Below, piece by piece: positions 36,774 to 49,581 of a stretch of DNA of 64,000 nt (within the stretch, counting starts at the first letter, position 1; each line of letters starts with the position of its first letter). Below the pieces are notes generated by a model, which saw only the letters and a program-made list of their open reading frames with translations, made no database searches and was not told the DNA's origin. The stretch is from Octopus vulgaris (taxonomy: Eukaryota). Location: assembly GCA_951406725.2 (NCBI GenBank), contig OX597839.1, positions 3,782,001 through 3,846,000 on the forward strand, read 5' to 3'. The position numbers and the translations under genes are program-made.

Positions 36774-38072
36774 AAAACCACCATTGTTCGCTTTACCTTC
36801 CCATCCACAACATAACCAGCACTATAACCATAACCTGTCCATCTAACTGTCATCTCCTCCGCCTCCTCCTCCTCATTGCATCCCCCCCTTCATCATTGTT
36901 CATGATTAAAGTCTTTTTCCTGCTGATATGAGTTGGACTCAAATTAAAAATACAAACTGGAACATGTCATGCTTTATACATTGAACTCACAACCTCGAGT
37001 TGACCTCTCAGACAGATGAGCCAAATATCATCATCATCATCATACTCTCTCTACTCTTTTACTCTTTTACTTGTTTTAGTCATTTGACTGCGGCCATGCT
37101 GGAGCACCACCTTTAATCGAGCAACTCAACCCCGGGACTTATTCTTTGTAAGCCCAGTACTTATTCTATCGGTCTCTTTTGCCGAACCGCTAAGTGACAG
37201 GGATGTAAACACACCAGCATCGGTTGTCAAGCAATGTTGGGGGGACAAACACAGACACACAAACATACATGCACATATATATATATATACTTACATATAT
37301 ACGACGGGCTTCTTTCAGTTTCCGTCTACCAAATCCATTCACAAGGCTTTGGTTGGCCCGAGGCTATAGTAGAAGACACTTGCCCAAGGTGCTACGCAGT
37401 AGGACTGAACCTGGAACCATGTGGTTGGTAAACAAGCTACTTACCACACAGCCACTCCTGCGCCTATAATGATGATATAAAAAATAAGCATAAAAAATTC
37501 TACATTGTGACATTTAGTTATTAAGATTCTATTTTAAGCTCAAAGTAAATTTATAAAACGGTAAATAATGTTTATTTCAAATTTTGGCACAAGGCCAGCA
37601 GTTTTGGTAGAGGAGTTAAGTTGATGTCTTTGACCCCAATGCTCAGCTGATACTTATTTTATGGACTCTGAAAGGATAACAGGTAAAGTCAACCTCAGTA
37701 GAATTTGAACTCAGATTGTAAAAATGGATGAAATGCTGTGAAGCATTTTGCCCAGAGGGCTAATGACTCTGCATGCTTGCTGCCTTAAAATGGTAAATAA
37801 TATTGATTTCAAATTTTGGCACAAGGCCAGCAATTTCGGGGAGGGGGTAAGTCAATAACATCAACCTCAGTGCTCAACTGGTACTTATTTTACTGGCCCT
37901 GGAAGGATGAAAGGTAAGTCGACCTCAGCAGAATTTGAATTCAGAATCTGTCAGCTCACCGCTTTAGTAATAATTATAATGATAATAATAATGATAATAA
38001 TAATAATAATAATAATAATAGTAATAATCCTTTACACTATAGTCAAAGATTTTGTAGGGTTTTTGTTCCCTT

Positions 38073-38257
38073 GTCATAAGCATCCTGCCCCTGCCATAGG
38101 CCTCCTAACCCTAGTATAGGCATCCTACCCCTACAACAAGTATTCTACCCCTGGCATAAGTATCTTGCCTGGTGATGAACATCCTACCCCTGCGATAAGT
38201 GTCTACCCCTGTGATAAGAACCCTATCCTACCCCAGCAATAAGCATCCTAACCCTGG
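38073..38257. repeat. 20-bp minisatellite, about 9 copies
   Basis: Consensus approximately ATAAGCATCCTACCCCTGNC. Confidence 0.8.
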
Positions 38258-41189
38258 TTAGTGAAAGAGTGAAGATAACATAGGTTCAAATGGACCCTTT
38301 AGTTATGTCTTAACTTGAACTTGACAGCATTTCTTGGGCTTGGGTGACACAAAAAAAGGTGGGGGGTTCATTCAGTACACTTGCACTTAATTTTTCTGAC
38401 GTTAGGAAAGTTATCCTGATACAGAAAACAGAGGAAAGATAGAACATATGAATGAAACTTGATCAATCATTCTGCTTAGAGGACAGTAATTCTGAATAAG
38501 AACTGACTCAGATGGGTGATGACTCATCTGACTCATGCCGGCATGGAAAAGTGGATGTAAAAATAATGTTGATGATGAAGAATGATGATATCTTTCACGT
38601 TAGCACAGCTATCTCATTGAAATCAATATATTACATCATATGAAGGTGGCGAGATGGCAGAATCGTTAGCATGCTGGGCAAAATGCTTAGCAGTATTTTG
38701 TCTGTCTTTACATTCTGGGTTCATATCCTGCCAAAGTCAACTTTGCCTTTCATCTTTTCAATGTTAATAAAATAAGTACCAGTTGAACACTGGGGTTAAT
38801 GTAATTGACTTACCCCTCCCCTAAAATTGCTGGCCTTGTACCAAAATTTGAAGCCACAATTAATATTCACTAACATTAAATATTCACTATTAATCCACAA
38901 TTAATATTCACTAATGTGCCGGTGGCACGTAAAAAGCACGATCCGATCGTGGCCATTGCCAGCCTGGCCTGGCCTCCGTGCTGATGGCACGTAAAAAGCA
39001 CCATCCGATCGTGGCCGTTTGCCAGCCTTGTTTGGCCTCCGTGCCAGTGGCACGTAAAAAGCACCATCCGATCGTGGCCGTTTGCCAGCCTCGTCTGGCA
39101 CCTGTGCCGGTGGCACGAAAAAAGCACCCACTTCATTCATGGAGTGGCTGGCGTTAGGAAGGGCATCCAGCCATAGAAACATTGCCAGATCAGACTGGGC
39201 CTGGTGCAGCCTTCTGGCTTCCCAGACCCCAGTTGCACCGTCCAACCCATGCCAGCATGGAAAGCGGACGCTAAACGATGATGATGATGATGAGTAATGG
39301 TGGCAAGCTGACGGAGTCATTAACATTCTGTACAAAATGCTTGGCAGCATTTCCTGTCTTTATGCTCTGAGTTCAACTTCCTGCTGAGTCTGACTTTGCC
39401 CTTCATCCTTTCGAGGTCAATAAAATATATACCAGTTGAACACTAGGGTTGATGTAATCAACTTACCCTCTCCCCGGAAATTGCTGGCCTTGTGCCAAGT
39501 TTCAGAAGCAATATTTACTAACATTGGCAATTTTCCCCACACTGATTCAGGTGTGAAGGAGTACAAAATTTCTAATGGCTTACATCTGTTAATTGAAATG
39601 GGAACAGCAGAAGTGTATATGGTTTCACTTTAATTAACAGGTATTATAAGTAATGCACCTATATTTGTCACAGGAAGAAAATATTTTGTATACATTAATT
39701 AAAAAGTTATAGAGAACATTGAATGCTCATTACATGCCTTTTTTTTTTTTTTACCTTTTTTACTTGTTTCAGTCATTAGACTGTGGCCATGCTGGGGCAC
39801 CACCTTAATGCATTTTTAGCGGAATGAATTGACCCCAGAACTTAATTTCTTTGCTAAAATTGATACTTATTCTGTTGGTTCCTCTTCTCAAACAAGTAAG
39901 TTTCAAAAAGCAAAGCTGTAAGAACTGGATTTTTTTTTAAAGAAAAAGATAAAAGAAAAATTGTTTATTTCTTCAATTTTGTTTCTTATTTGTTTCAGTC
40001 GTTTGACTGTGGCCATGCTGGAGCACTGCCTTTTAGTCGAAGAAATTGATCGCAGGACTTATTCTTTGTAAGCCTAGTACTTACTCTATCAGTCTCTTTT
40101 GCTGAACTGCTAATTTACTGGGACGTAAACACACCAACATCAGGTGGGAGGACAAACACAGGCACTCACACACACACACAAATATATACATATATATATG
40201 ACGAGCTTCTTTCAGTTTCCATCTACCAAATCTCCTCATAAGATTTTGGTCAGCCTGAGGCTATAGTAGAAGATACTTGCTCAAGGTGCCATGCAGTGGG
40301 ACTGAACCTGCAACCATGTGGTTGGGAAGCAAGCTTCTTACCACACAGCCAATAAGGTTTTAATTAATCACCCTTATTAGAATAGGCTAGATCATCATCA
40401 TCATCCAAACATACATATATACTCATATATATATTCTTTTATTCTTTTACTCATATCGGTTATTTTTCTGCAGCCATGCTGGAGCACTACTTTGGGGGGT
40501 TTTAGGCAAACAAATCGACCCCAGAACTTACTTTTTAAGCCTTCTACTTATTCTATCGATCTCTTTTGTCCAACCGCTAAGTTACGGGGGCGTAAACAAA
40601 CCAGCACCGGTTGTCAAACGGTGGTGGGAGTGGCAAACTGACACAAAGACACACACCTACACACATACATATACGTGACGGTCTTCTTCCAGTTTCCGTC
40701 TACCAAATCCACTCACAAGTCTTGGCCGACCAGATGCTATAGTAGAAGACACTCAGCTCGTGCGCCACCCAGTGGGACTGAACCCAGAACCGTGCGGTAT
40801 GGAAGCACGCTTCTCACTACAAAACCTTGCTTGTGGCAATATCCGGTTCAATTTTTACGTCTACTCACTCTCGCTCGCAAGAATGAAATCTCTAAGCAGA
40901 AAACTCTTGGCCAAAGTACGATGCAAAGGGATTGATCCCGGAACTACGTGGTTGCGAAACGAACGTCTTAACCACGTAGCCAAATCATGTGGGTGAAACT
41001 CTTTGTGCTGTCCATGACGCCCAGATATGTTAGTCATAGTGAGAAAAAGATTCGATACTATACTATAAGATGGAAGCATAATTTTTAATATGGTAGCTAT
41101 TTTTAGCTGATATAAAACTAAAAAAAGATTAATTCAAGATTTTTTTTTTTTGTTCTTTCTCGTGTTTCAATGAATTATGTGTTCGGTAG

Positions 41190-41215
41190 TGCGCATGTCC
41201 TTACTAACCGGAAGT
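41190..41215 (+). promoter_or_regulatory. Probable DDI core promoter (NRF1-like TGCGCATG and ETS CCGGAAGT)
   Basis: Both housekeeping motifs are adjacent, about 520 bp upstream of the ATG, in non-repeat sequence. Confidence 0.5.
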
Positions 41216-41737
41216 AGCGTGTCCACTGCTAAGTCACATTCTTGTTTTAGGTTCGAGTCGAAGATCCAACCTTGTTTTGCTCGCTTTCTCTTCTTATATC
41301 TGGCCTCTATCAATCTCTCGTCAGCCTTCTCGCTATCCTAATAACCGGACAGAAACAGGTAGGACTTGTTATACCTGAGAGTATCGCAAGATTCCCTTCC
41401 TCGAAGTTGGCAAACTGAATCGACGAAAGAGAATTGAGAAGGAAAACACGCAATGTTGGCCAAACATCAGAACCAGGAGGAAAGTTAAAGTAAGGACACA
41501 CCGAACACTACGAGCAACACGTTTACTTTTATATATATATCAAGAATAATTTTCACCGTTTCTATTAGAGAAGAGAGAGATTATAACGGGTTAGAGTAAT
41601 GCGCCATACACACATGTATATACGTGACCATACGTTTATGTATATATAGATATAGTTGTTATTTACTAATATATTATATATTTATGTATATATGTATTGT
41701 TTATTTTGTATGTTGGTGAAGCGAATGAACTGTAAAA

Positions 41738-42041
41738 ATGCAGGTGACGGTCACAACTTTATCGGACAAAGTATTCACTATTGAAGTTAGCGAAGACTTG
41801 GAACTAGAAAACTTTAAAGCGCTCTGTGAATTCGAAACCGGTATTCCGGCCAAGGAAACTGCAATTCTTCTGAATGGTAGGCCTTTACGCGATGATAAAG
41901 CCAGCTTAAAAAGCTATGGAATCGGACATAATGATATCTTACTTCTGCAGCATATGCGAGGGGTGACAGGTCTCACCCTCCCGACCAATACTCCGTTTTC
42001 GGCGAACACATCTCAACGATCACCTGGACACGGGGGACCAG
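41738..42041 (+). CDS. DDI2: DDI1/DDI2 homolog exon 1 (ubiquitin-like domain)
   Basis: MQVTVTTLSDKVFTIEVSEDLELENFKALCEFETGIP...; AAAAATG start, GTAAAC donor. Confidence 0.93.
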
Positions 42042-44240
42042 GTAAACGAACTATATATTTTTTTTTCATTGTTTATTGTTGTTTTTATTATGCGATAATG
42101 ATTTTATTGGCATGGAGGGCCCAGTTAGTTGATAGAATGTTGTAATATCTAGTGTCCTCTTTGTATGTTCTTAGTTCAAATCTCACGAGTCAATTTTACC
42201 TTTCAAAATGCAAAACATCGATATCCGTAGTGCCTGTCCCCTGCAACAATTGGTCTTGTGTCTCTACTGGAAAGAAATCAATAATTCTCTTGATCTGCTT
42301 TGCTAAATACAGCTGTGTGTTTAACTAAAGAAATTATTTTAGTTACTGTTGTCTCCACGAAACTTTCAACATTAGATCGATACCAAGCTAAAAACATCTA
42401 GGTTGGTATAGTAACTAATACTTTCATCTCGCGTGTGTATAATATATATATATATATATATATGTATATATGGGTGTGTGAGAGTGATCTATATATACTT
42501 GGTGATATTCCATTATATACCCCAATCATTCGCGACATTAGTGCTTAGCTTAGTTTATGAAAGTTTCCTATGAAATTTCTTTATACCATTTCGAAAACAA
42601 AAAAAAAAGTCTTTTACTCTGTTTTGTTTATTCCTTGCTATTATTATTATTTGTCAATTCTCTCTAGAAAGTTCCATTGGACTTCTTCCTTTTTACTGTT
42701 TGATCTTCTATGTGTGACTCAGCCGTCAGTTACTCACTTCTCCGCCGTTCCTGGTACACACGCTTTATACACTTCACGTGATGTGTAGTAAAACAAGGTA
42801 CCCTCTTCTTCTTTAAGTGAAGCGTGTTGATGAATCTAATTATAATTATATATATTATTTTACGTGTACTTTTTCACGAAAACATTTCTTTTAACCGTGA
42901 CCTATCTAAGAACATGTTCTGGCTTACAACAGCTGATAGATAGCAGGAGACGATCTTGTGTTTAAAAATAGGTTTCATTCAAACTACTTCATTCACTCAT
43001 TTTGCTACGGGGAACTTTTTTTCTTTTTTAAGCAGCAACAACTTGAATACAAAGTATTTTAATTATACCTCAAACTAATTAATTGTGGTTTATTCCAAAC
43101 TCCTCTTGGTTATATTTACAAGCAGGCGATCTTTCGAAGTTTAATTCTTTCATAATTAAACTGCGATTTGAGAAACAGCTCTTAATTACATTTTAAATAG
43201 AAAATAATTTTGTTATAATTAATATTTGGTTAAACTGAATCCGTGAGAGATTTGTAACTCAAACAATTTCACTCTTGTCATTAAACTGGTGACTGTTAGT
43301 AGATCCAGCTGTTGTTGTTTAGCCCCAGGTCAACCCTGACTGACCAGTCCCATGACAAAAAAGTGTTCCAGTCATGACCCACCTCGTAAGGGTTTTTATT
43401 TATTTTTTTCCAGATCTATAACGAATTGTCCAATGTGTTATCTTTAAAAAAACACTAGGATGTAAGTCGATGTAGATTTGGCTGCTATTTTTAGCAGGTC
43501 AAGTGATCACTTTAGACCAAGTATTAACAACCTTTTTCGAGAAGCGGGCCGCCTGAAATACGGTTTATTAGGCGGGCCGCACTACTAAATAATAATAAAA
43601 AATAATTCAAGGTAATGTTTCGTTGGCATGATGACCAGAAAGTCCCGAAGACCGCTGTTTGGCCATGATCCTACTTCGACAATCGTCACCAGTTCTTTAG
43701 CGTGTTTTCGTTTGTTTCCACTTTAAACTGCTTTTGATGTCGCCCAAACACCCTACGGCGTGCCTCTATTCTAATATAGAATATATTATTGTATACTGTC
43801 TTGTTAAATCCATTATACTGTTCTGCCCTTCCCGCTTAATGTTATTTTATATTGTTTACCGTTTATTCTACAAGCTTACGTTACACTTTTGTTCGGTCGA
43901 TTTTTATTTTTCTTCCGTCGGTTACAATCCCCGAGACTGATTCCCTACTAATTATCTAAAAACGCATCCCCTCGTTTATAAATACGTGTTCTAATTTTAT
44001 ATATATATATATATATATAAAGAAGCAACAGAGTGACTCAAAAGCCGAGTTTCGGGCGTTGACCCGTATCAAACTAGTTACAGATCTTCGATCTGGTTTG
44101 GTAGGTGCCCACGCACGAAACTCTCGGCCTTTGAGTCACTCTGTTGCTTATGCTAAATATAAATAAAAATACACATATACTCATATTTTGAGTTCTATTT
44201 TCCCTGTTTACATCACCATACATGTATTTGTGTGTGTGTG

Positions 44241-44274
<34 letters not shown>

Positions 44275-45489
44275 TAGTCATTTCGGGACGGTCACTTTTT
44301 TTTTTTTTTGGCCAAATAAACACACGCACTATATATTCGTTCTTCGCTTTAGTTTTATTATTGTTCTTTAGCTTTAGCTTTACCCCGTGTTTTAATCGCA
44401 CCCCAGTTCTTTTATTCCGTTAAAATCCAGTATAAAATAATGGGACTTATGTATAATTACGATAACTTACGAAAGCTATCGTACTTTTTTTTTTTTTTAA
44501 GTAGATTTATCATGTCTGGTAATGGTACTGAAGAAAATTGCCCACAGACGAAAACCAGCTAGTTGGAAAAGGGCCAGTTTATCAGTTTATAAGATCCTTC
44601 CACTCTAATCGTGTAAACTGGGTTATTTCCCGTGTTCAAAAAATAATTCTCTTTGTTTAAGTCTTGTTTGCTGGACTTGTTCATCATAATTGGATAATAA
44701 AGTTTTTGTCACCTATTCAGGTCACTCTGCCTACTATCACTCACAACATTCAGGTCTTTGTTTCTCTGATCGAACCTTGCAAATTGACAAAGGGTTTTAT
44801 TGAAGCAGATTTAAAAGGAATTAGATGATAATTGTGAAGTAGATCGGCTACAGGTTGTTATCTTTTATCGTTGGCTTGTTTCAGTTATTAGACTGAGGCC
44901 ATGCTGGAGCCCCGCTTCAGAATTTTTATTCGAATGAATCGACCTCAGTACTTAAAAAAAGAAACAACTTAAGCCTGGTACTTATTCTATAGCTCTCTTT
45001 TGCCCAACCGCTGAGTTACGGGGACGTAAACAAACCAACACCAGTTGTCAAGCGATGGTGGGACACACAAACACACACACAGCAGGCTTCTTTCAGTTTC
45101 CGTCTACCAAATCCACTCACAAGGCTTTGGTCGGCCTGAGGCTATAGAAGACACTTGCCCAAGATGCCACACAGTGGGATTGAACCTGGAACCATGTGGT
45201 TGGGAAACAAACTTTCTCTACAATACACCAACGCCTGCGCCTACGACGTATAATTCAAGAACCACCCCCCCATACACACACACATAATTACCTGATTCAT
45301 ACACGCTTGAAGAGTCAGATTTGTCATGTTTCACTCCTATTCTTGCCTCAAAACATTCCACTTGAGAAAAGTACTTGCGTCACGGTTTTTTCTTAATGCT
45401 GTTATTTAAACAGTCATCATAAAACAACACCGATTCTTGTTTTATACAAACCCATGTCACGATATCTGCTCTGTCAGACCTATTAGTTA

Positions 45490-45543
<54 letters not shown>

Positions 45544-46081
45544 ATATATATATATATATACTCTTTTACATGTTTCAGTCATTTGACGGCGGCCATGCTG
45601 GAGCACCGCCTTTAGTCGAGCAAATCGACCCCGGGACTTATTCTTTGTAAGCCCAGTACTTATTCTATCAGTCTCTTTTGCCGAACCGCTAAGTGACGGG
45701 GACGTAAACACACCAGCATCGGTTGTCAAGCAATGCTAGGGGTACAAACACAGACACACAAACATATACATATATATACGACAGGCTTCTTTCAGTTTCC
45801 GTCTACCAAATCCACTCACAAGGCATTGGTCGGCCCGGGGCTATAGCAGAAGACACTTGCCCAAGATGCCACGCAGTGGGACTGAACCTGGAACCATGCG
45901 GTTGGTTAGCAAGCTACTTACCACACAGCCACTCCTGCGCCTATATATATATATATATATACACGATATAGTGTATATTTAAACACATAGAGAATCCACT
46001 TATAGGGATTCTACACGCTAGAAAGAACAGCTAAGTTCTATAACCACAAAAAATTTGGGATATGTTTAACACTAGGTTGGA

Positions 46082-46155
46082 CCTGCTGAAGAAAATCAAA
46101 CCTTGTGAGTTCTCAATGACTCGCTAAAAGATGATTAGAAACCAATTGGTCTGGG
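46082..46155 (+). ncRNA. Type I hammerhead-ribozyme-like motif in a Penelope-like relic
   Basis: CCUG-CUGAAGA-A-AAUCA...UGAUU-A-GAAA-CCAAUUGG-U-C-UGGG; palindromic stem III, GUC site. Confidence 0.55.
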
Positions 46156-48491
46156 GAAACTAGATGGTAAATGTTTTTCATTTCCAAATTTATTCATGTT
46201 GAATTTTATCCCGAATTTTTTTGGGGTTATAGAACTTAGCTGTTCTTTCTAGCGCATATAATATCTATAAGTGGATTCTCTATGGTTATAGAACTTAGCT
46301 GTTCTTTCTAGCATGTAGAATCCCTATAAGTGGATTCTCTATAGTTTCCGTCTACCAAATCCACTCACAAGGCTTTGGTCGGCCCAAGGCTATAGTAGAA
46401 GACACTTGTCCAAGGTGCCACGCAGTGGGAATGAACCCGGAACCATGTAGTTGGTAAGCAAGCTACTTATCACACAGCCACTCCTGTGTGGATGAGTCTA
46501 GGACATTTAACCCCCCCCCCCCATGGACAATAACACTTCCCCCCAGGACAATTACCCATGAGGACAACAGATGATGATTTTAAACTTCTTAATATATTGG
46601 AGAGTGGGTAATTAACCAAGGGATGTGATTGTTCTGATACGGACAATTTAATTGTCTAAATTGCTAGCCACACTATTTGTTCTTGTAACTGCAAAAGATG
46701 GTTAATTTAGTTAATTAATTTCACTAATTAAGTGCAGGAATGGCTGTGTGGTAAGTAGCTTGCTTACCAACCACATGGATCTGGGTTCAGTCCCACTGCG
46801 TGGCACCTTGGGCATGTGTCTTCTACTATAGCCTCGGTCCGACCAAAGCCTTGAGTGTGGAATTGGTAGACGGAAACTGAAAAAAAAAGTCCGTCGTATG
46901 AATGTGTATATATATATGTGTGTGTGTCTGTGTTTGTCCCCCCAACATCACTTGACGACCGATGCTGGTGTGTTTACGTCCCCATAACTTAAGCGGTTCG
47001 GCAAAAGAGACCAATAGAATAAGTACTAGGCTTACAAAGAATAAGTCCTGGAGTTGATTTGCTCGACTGACGGCGGTGCTCCAGCATGGCCACAGTCAAA
47101 TGACTGAAACAAGTAAAAGAGTAATGAGAGAGTAATCAGTAATGGCAGTGTTTTATCAATCAGTCTGTAAAATGGCATCTGTTATTTGGTGTATAAATGT
47201 TATTGACTGCTTTTAATTTGATGTATATCTGTTGTCAGTTGGTGCATAGATATGTGCAATTCGTTAAGATTAAACCTGTTTACATGAAAAAGTGTTTCTT
47301 AAACAGAGAAATTAATACTGAGATATTCATAATCCCCATTTCTACAATAATACCAGTTAAGTAGATTTGTCTAGTATCGACAGCTAGGTAACTAGTTGGC
47401 AAGTGTGTTGTCGTTAATCCTGGTTCGTTATTAGTGCAAGATATTTTAAACGTCTGTCTAATTGTTGTTTTGATATTACTGTTAATATTATTAAAGTGGT
47501 AATCTGGCAGAATTGTTAGCATGCTGGGCAGAATGCTTAGTGGCATTTGGTTTTCATGTTCCGAGTTCAAATTCCATCGAGGTCAACTTTGCTGTTCATT
47601 TTTCTGGGGTCGATAAACTAAGTACCAGTTGAACACTGGGGTTGATTATATTGATTTACCCCCTCCCACAAAATTGCTGGTCTTGTGCCAAAATTTGAAA
47701 CCAGTATTGTGAATTGGCAAGCTGGCAGAACTGTTAGCATGCTGAGCAAAATGCTTTAGTAGCATTTCGTCTGTCTTAATGTTCTGAGTTCAATTCCTGC
47801 CCAGGTCGACTTTGCTTTTCATCCTTCTGGGGTCAATAAAATAAGTACCAGTTGAACACCGGGGTCGGTTGCATCAACTTACCCCCTCCCCCGAAATTAC
47901 TGGCCTTGTGCCAAAATTTGAAACCAGTACTGAAAGTGGCATGCTGGCAGAATCATTAGCACACAAGGAAAAATGCTTAGTGGAATATCATCCATGTCTA
48001 CATTCTGAGTTCAAATTCTGCTGAGGTCAGATTTGCCTTTCACCTAATGCCAACCACCTGTGAAGTGGTTGGCATTAGGAAGGGCATCCAGCCGCAAAAA
48101 CCATGCCGAAACAGACATGGAGTCTGAACTGCCTACTGAGGTCTACTTGTCCTTTCATCCTTTTGGGGCAATAAAATAAAGAACCAGTCTTGTACTGGTG
48201 GTCATTGGTCTTGACTACACCCCCCCCCCATCCTACCCCACTCTTCAGGCTTTGTGCCAGCTGGCAGAATCATTAGCATGCTGGGTAGTGGCGTTTTGTC
48301 TGCCTTTTCATTCTGAGTTCAAATTCAGCCAAGGTCGACTTCACCTTTCATCCTTTCGGAGTCAATTAAGTACCAGTGGACTACTGGGGTCAATGCAATC
48401 AAATTAACCCCCCTCCCCAAAATTTCAGGCCTTGTGCCTATAATATAATGATTTATTATTATTATTATTATTATTGTTATTATTACTACTA

Positions 48492-48940
48492 CTAGCTGGC
48501 CCCGTGCTGTCAAAAATGATGGCTAATAGTATTTTATGAATGTGGATGGTAAATCAAATTAATACACTTGTCAATGTTATCTGGTGGTTGTCTTTTGAGA
48601 TTGACTATGATCATTGTTTGTTACTGAAAAAACACTGGTTCACATATACGTTCACATACTTCCCTTGTACACATACACACATATACTCACACAGAGTTGA
48701 AACGCTGTTTGATTTTTCTTTTCAGTGTTGAATGTTCACCATCCCACTTCCATTGTGCACGCACACACACACACACAAGCATTCACATTTACATACCTCC
48801 CTTTTACATACACACACAGGGTTGAAATGCTCCCTCTACCAGTTTCCCATCACCCCTTCCTTCCTTATTCATCTATCATCCCTTCCTTTCTCATTCATAT
48901 GTTGTGACGGAGAAAAACACAAGAGTAGTATTATAGTAGA
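48492..48940 (-). mobile_element. Non-autonomous Helitron
   Basis: Minus strand A|TCTACTATAATA ... GCCATCATTTTTGACAGC-ACGGGGCCAG-CTAG|T; internal CA-rich repeats. Confidence 0.7.
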
Positions 48941-49546
48941 TTGTTACTAGGCAACATGCTGGTAGAATCATTAGCATGCTGGACAAAATGCTGAGCAGCA
49001 TTTCTCTTCGCTTTAGGTTCTGAGTTCAAATTCCATGGTGGTTCTTTGCCTCACCCTCTCAGGGTCAATAAGATAAGTGCCAGTTAAATACTTGGGTCAA
49101 GGAAATTGACCAGCCCCTTCTCAATAAAGATTTCAGGCCTTGTGCCTATCGTATGAAGGATTGCTTTGATATCACAAGACTTAGCATTGATTTGTTTTAT
49201 CACAATAGTGATCGTTTGTTTGCGAGATCACAACACGGGTCATTGTTTGTCATAGCACAATACCAAGCATTATTTAAGATATCACAATGATACTGAAGAA
49301 CAGACATCACTTATGGCCACTTGAGTCTGTAAGTTTAGCAAGCCCTTGCCAGCATGGAAAAAGGATGTTAAATGATGGTTGATGATGCGTAGGAGTGGCT
49401 GTGGGGTAAGTAGCTTGCTTACGAACCACATAGCTCCGGGTTCAAGTCCCACTGCGTGGCACCTTGGGCAAGTGTCTTCTACTATAGCCTCGGGCCGACC
49501 AAAACCTTGTGAGTGGATTTGGTAGACGGAAACTGAAAGAAGCCCG

Positions 49547-49581
<35 letters not shown>

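Noticed and set aside
36449-36853. Arg/Glu/Lys-rich protamine-like ORF
   Set aside because: Simple (GAA/GGA)n repeat with no splice or promoter support.
39070-39130. HDV-like ribozyme in family-C units (CCAG-CCUCGU-CUGG resembles P3/L3)
   Set aside because: No consistent P1, P1.1 or P2 pairing could be built, and the loop varies freely between units.
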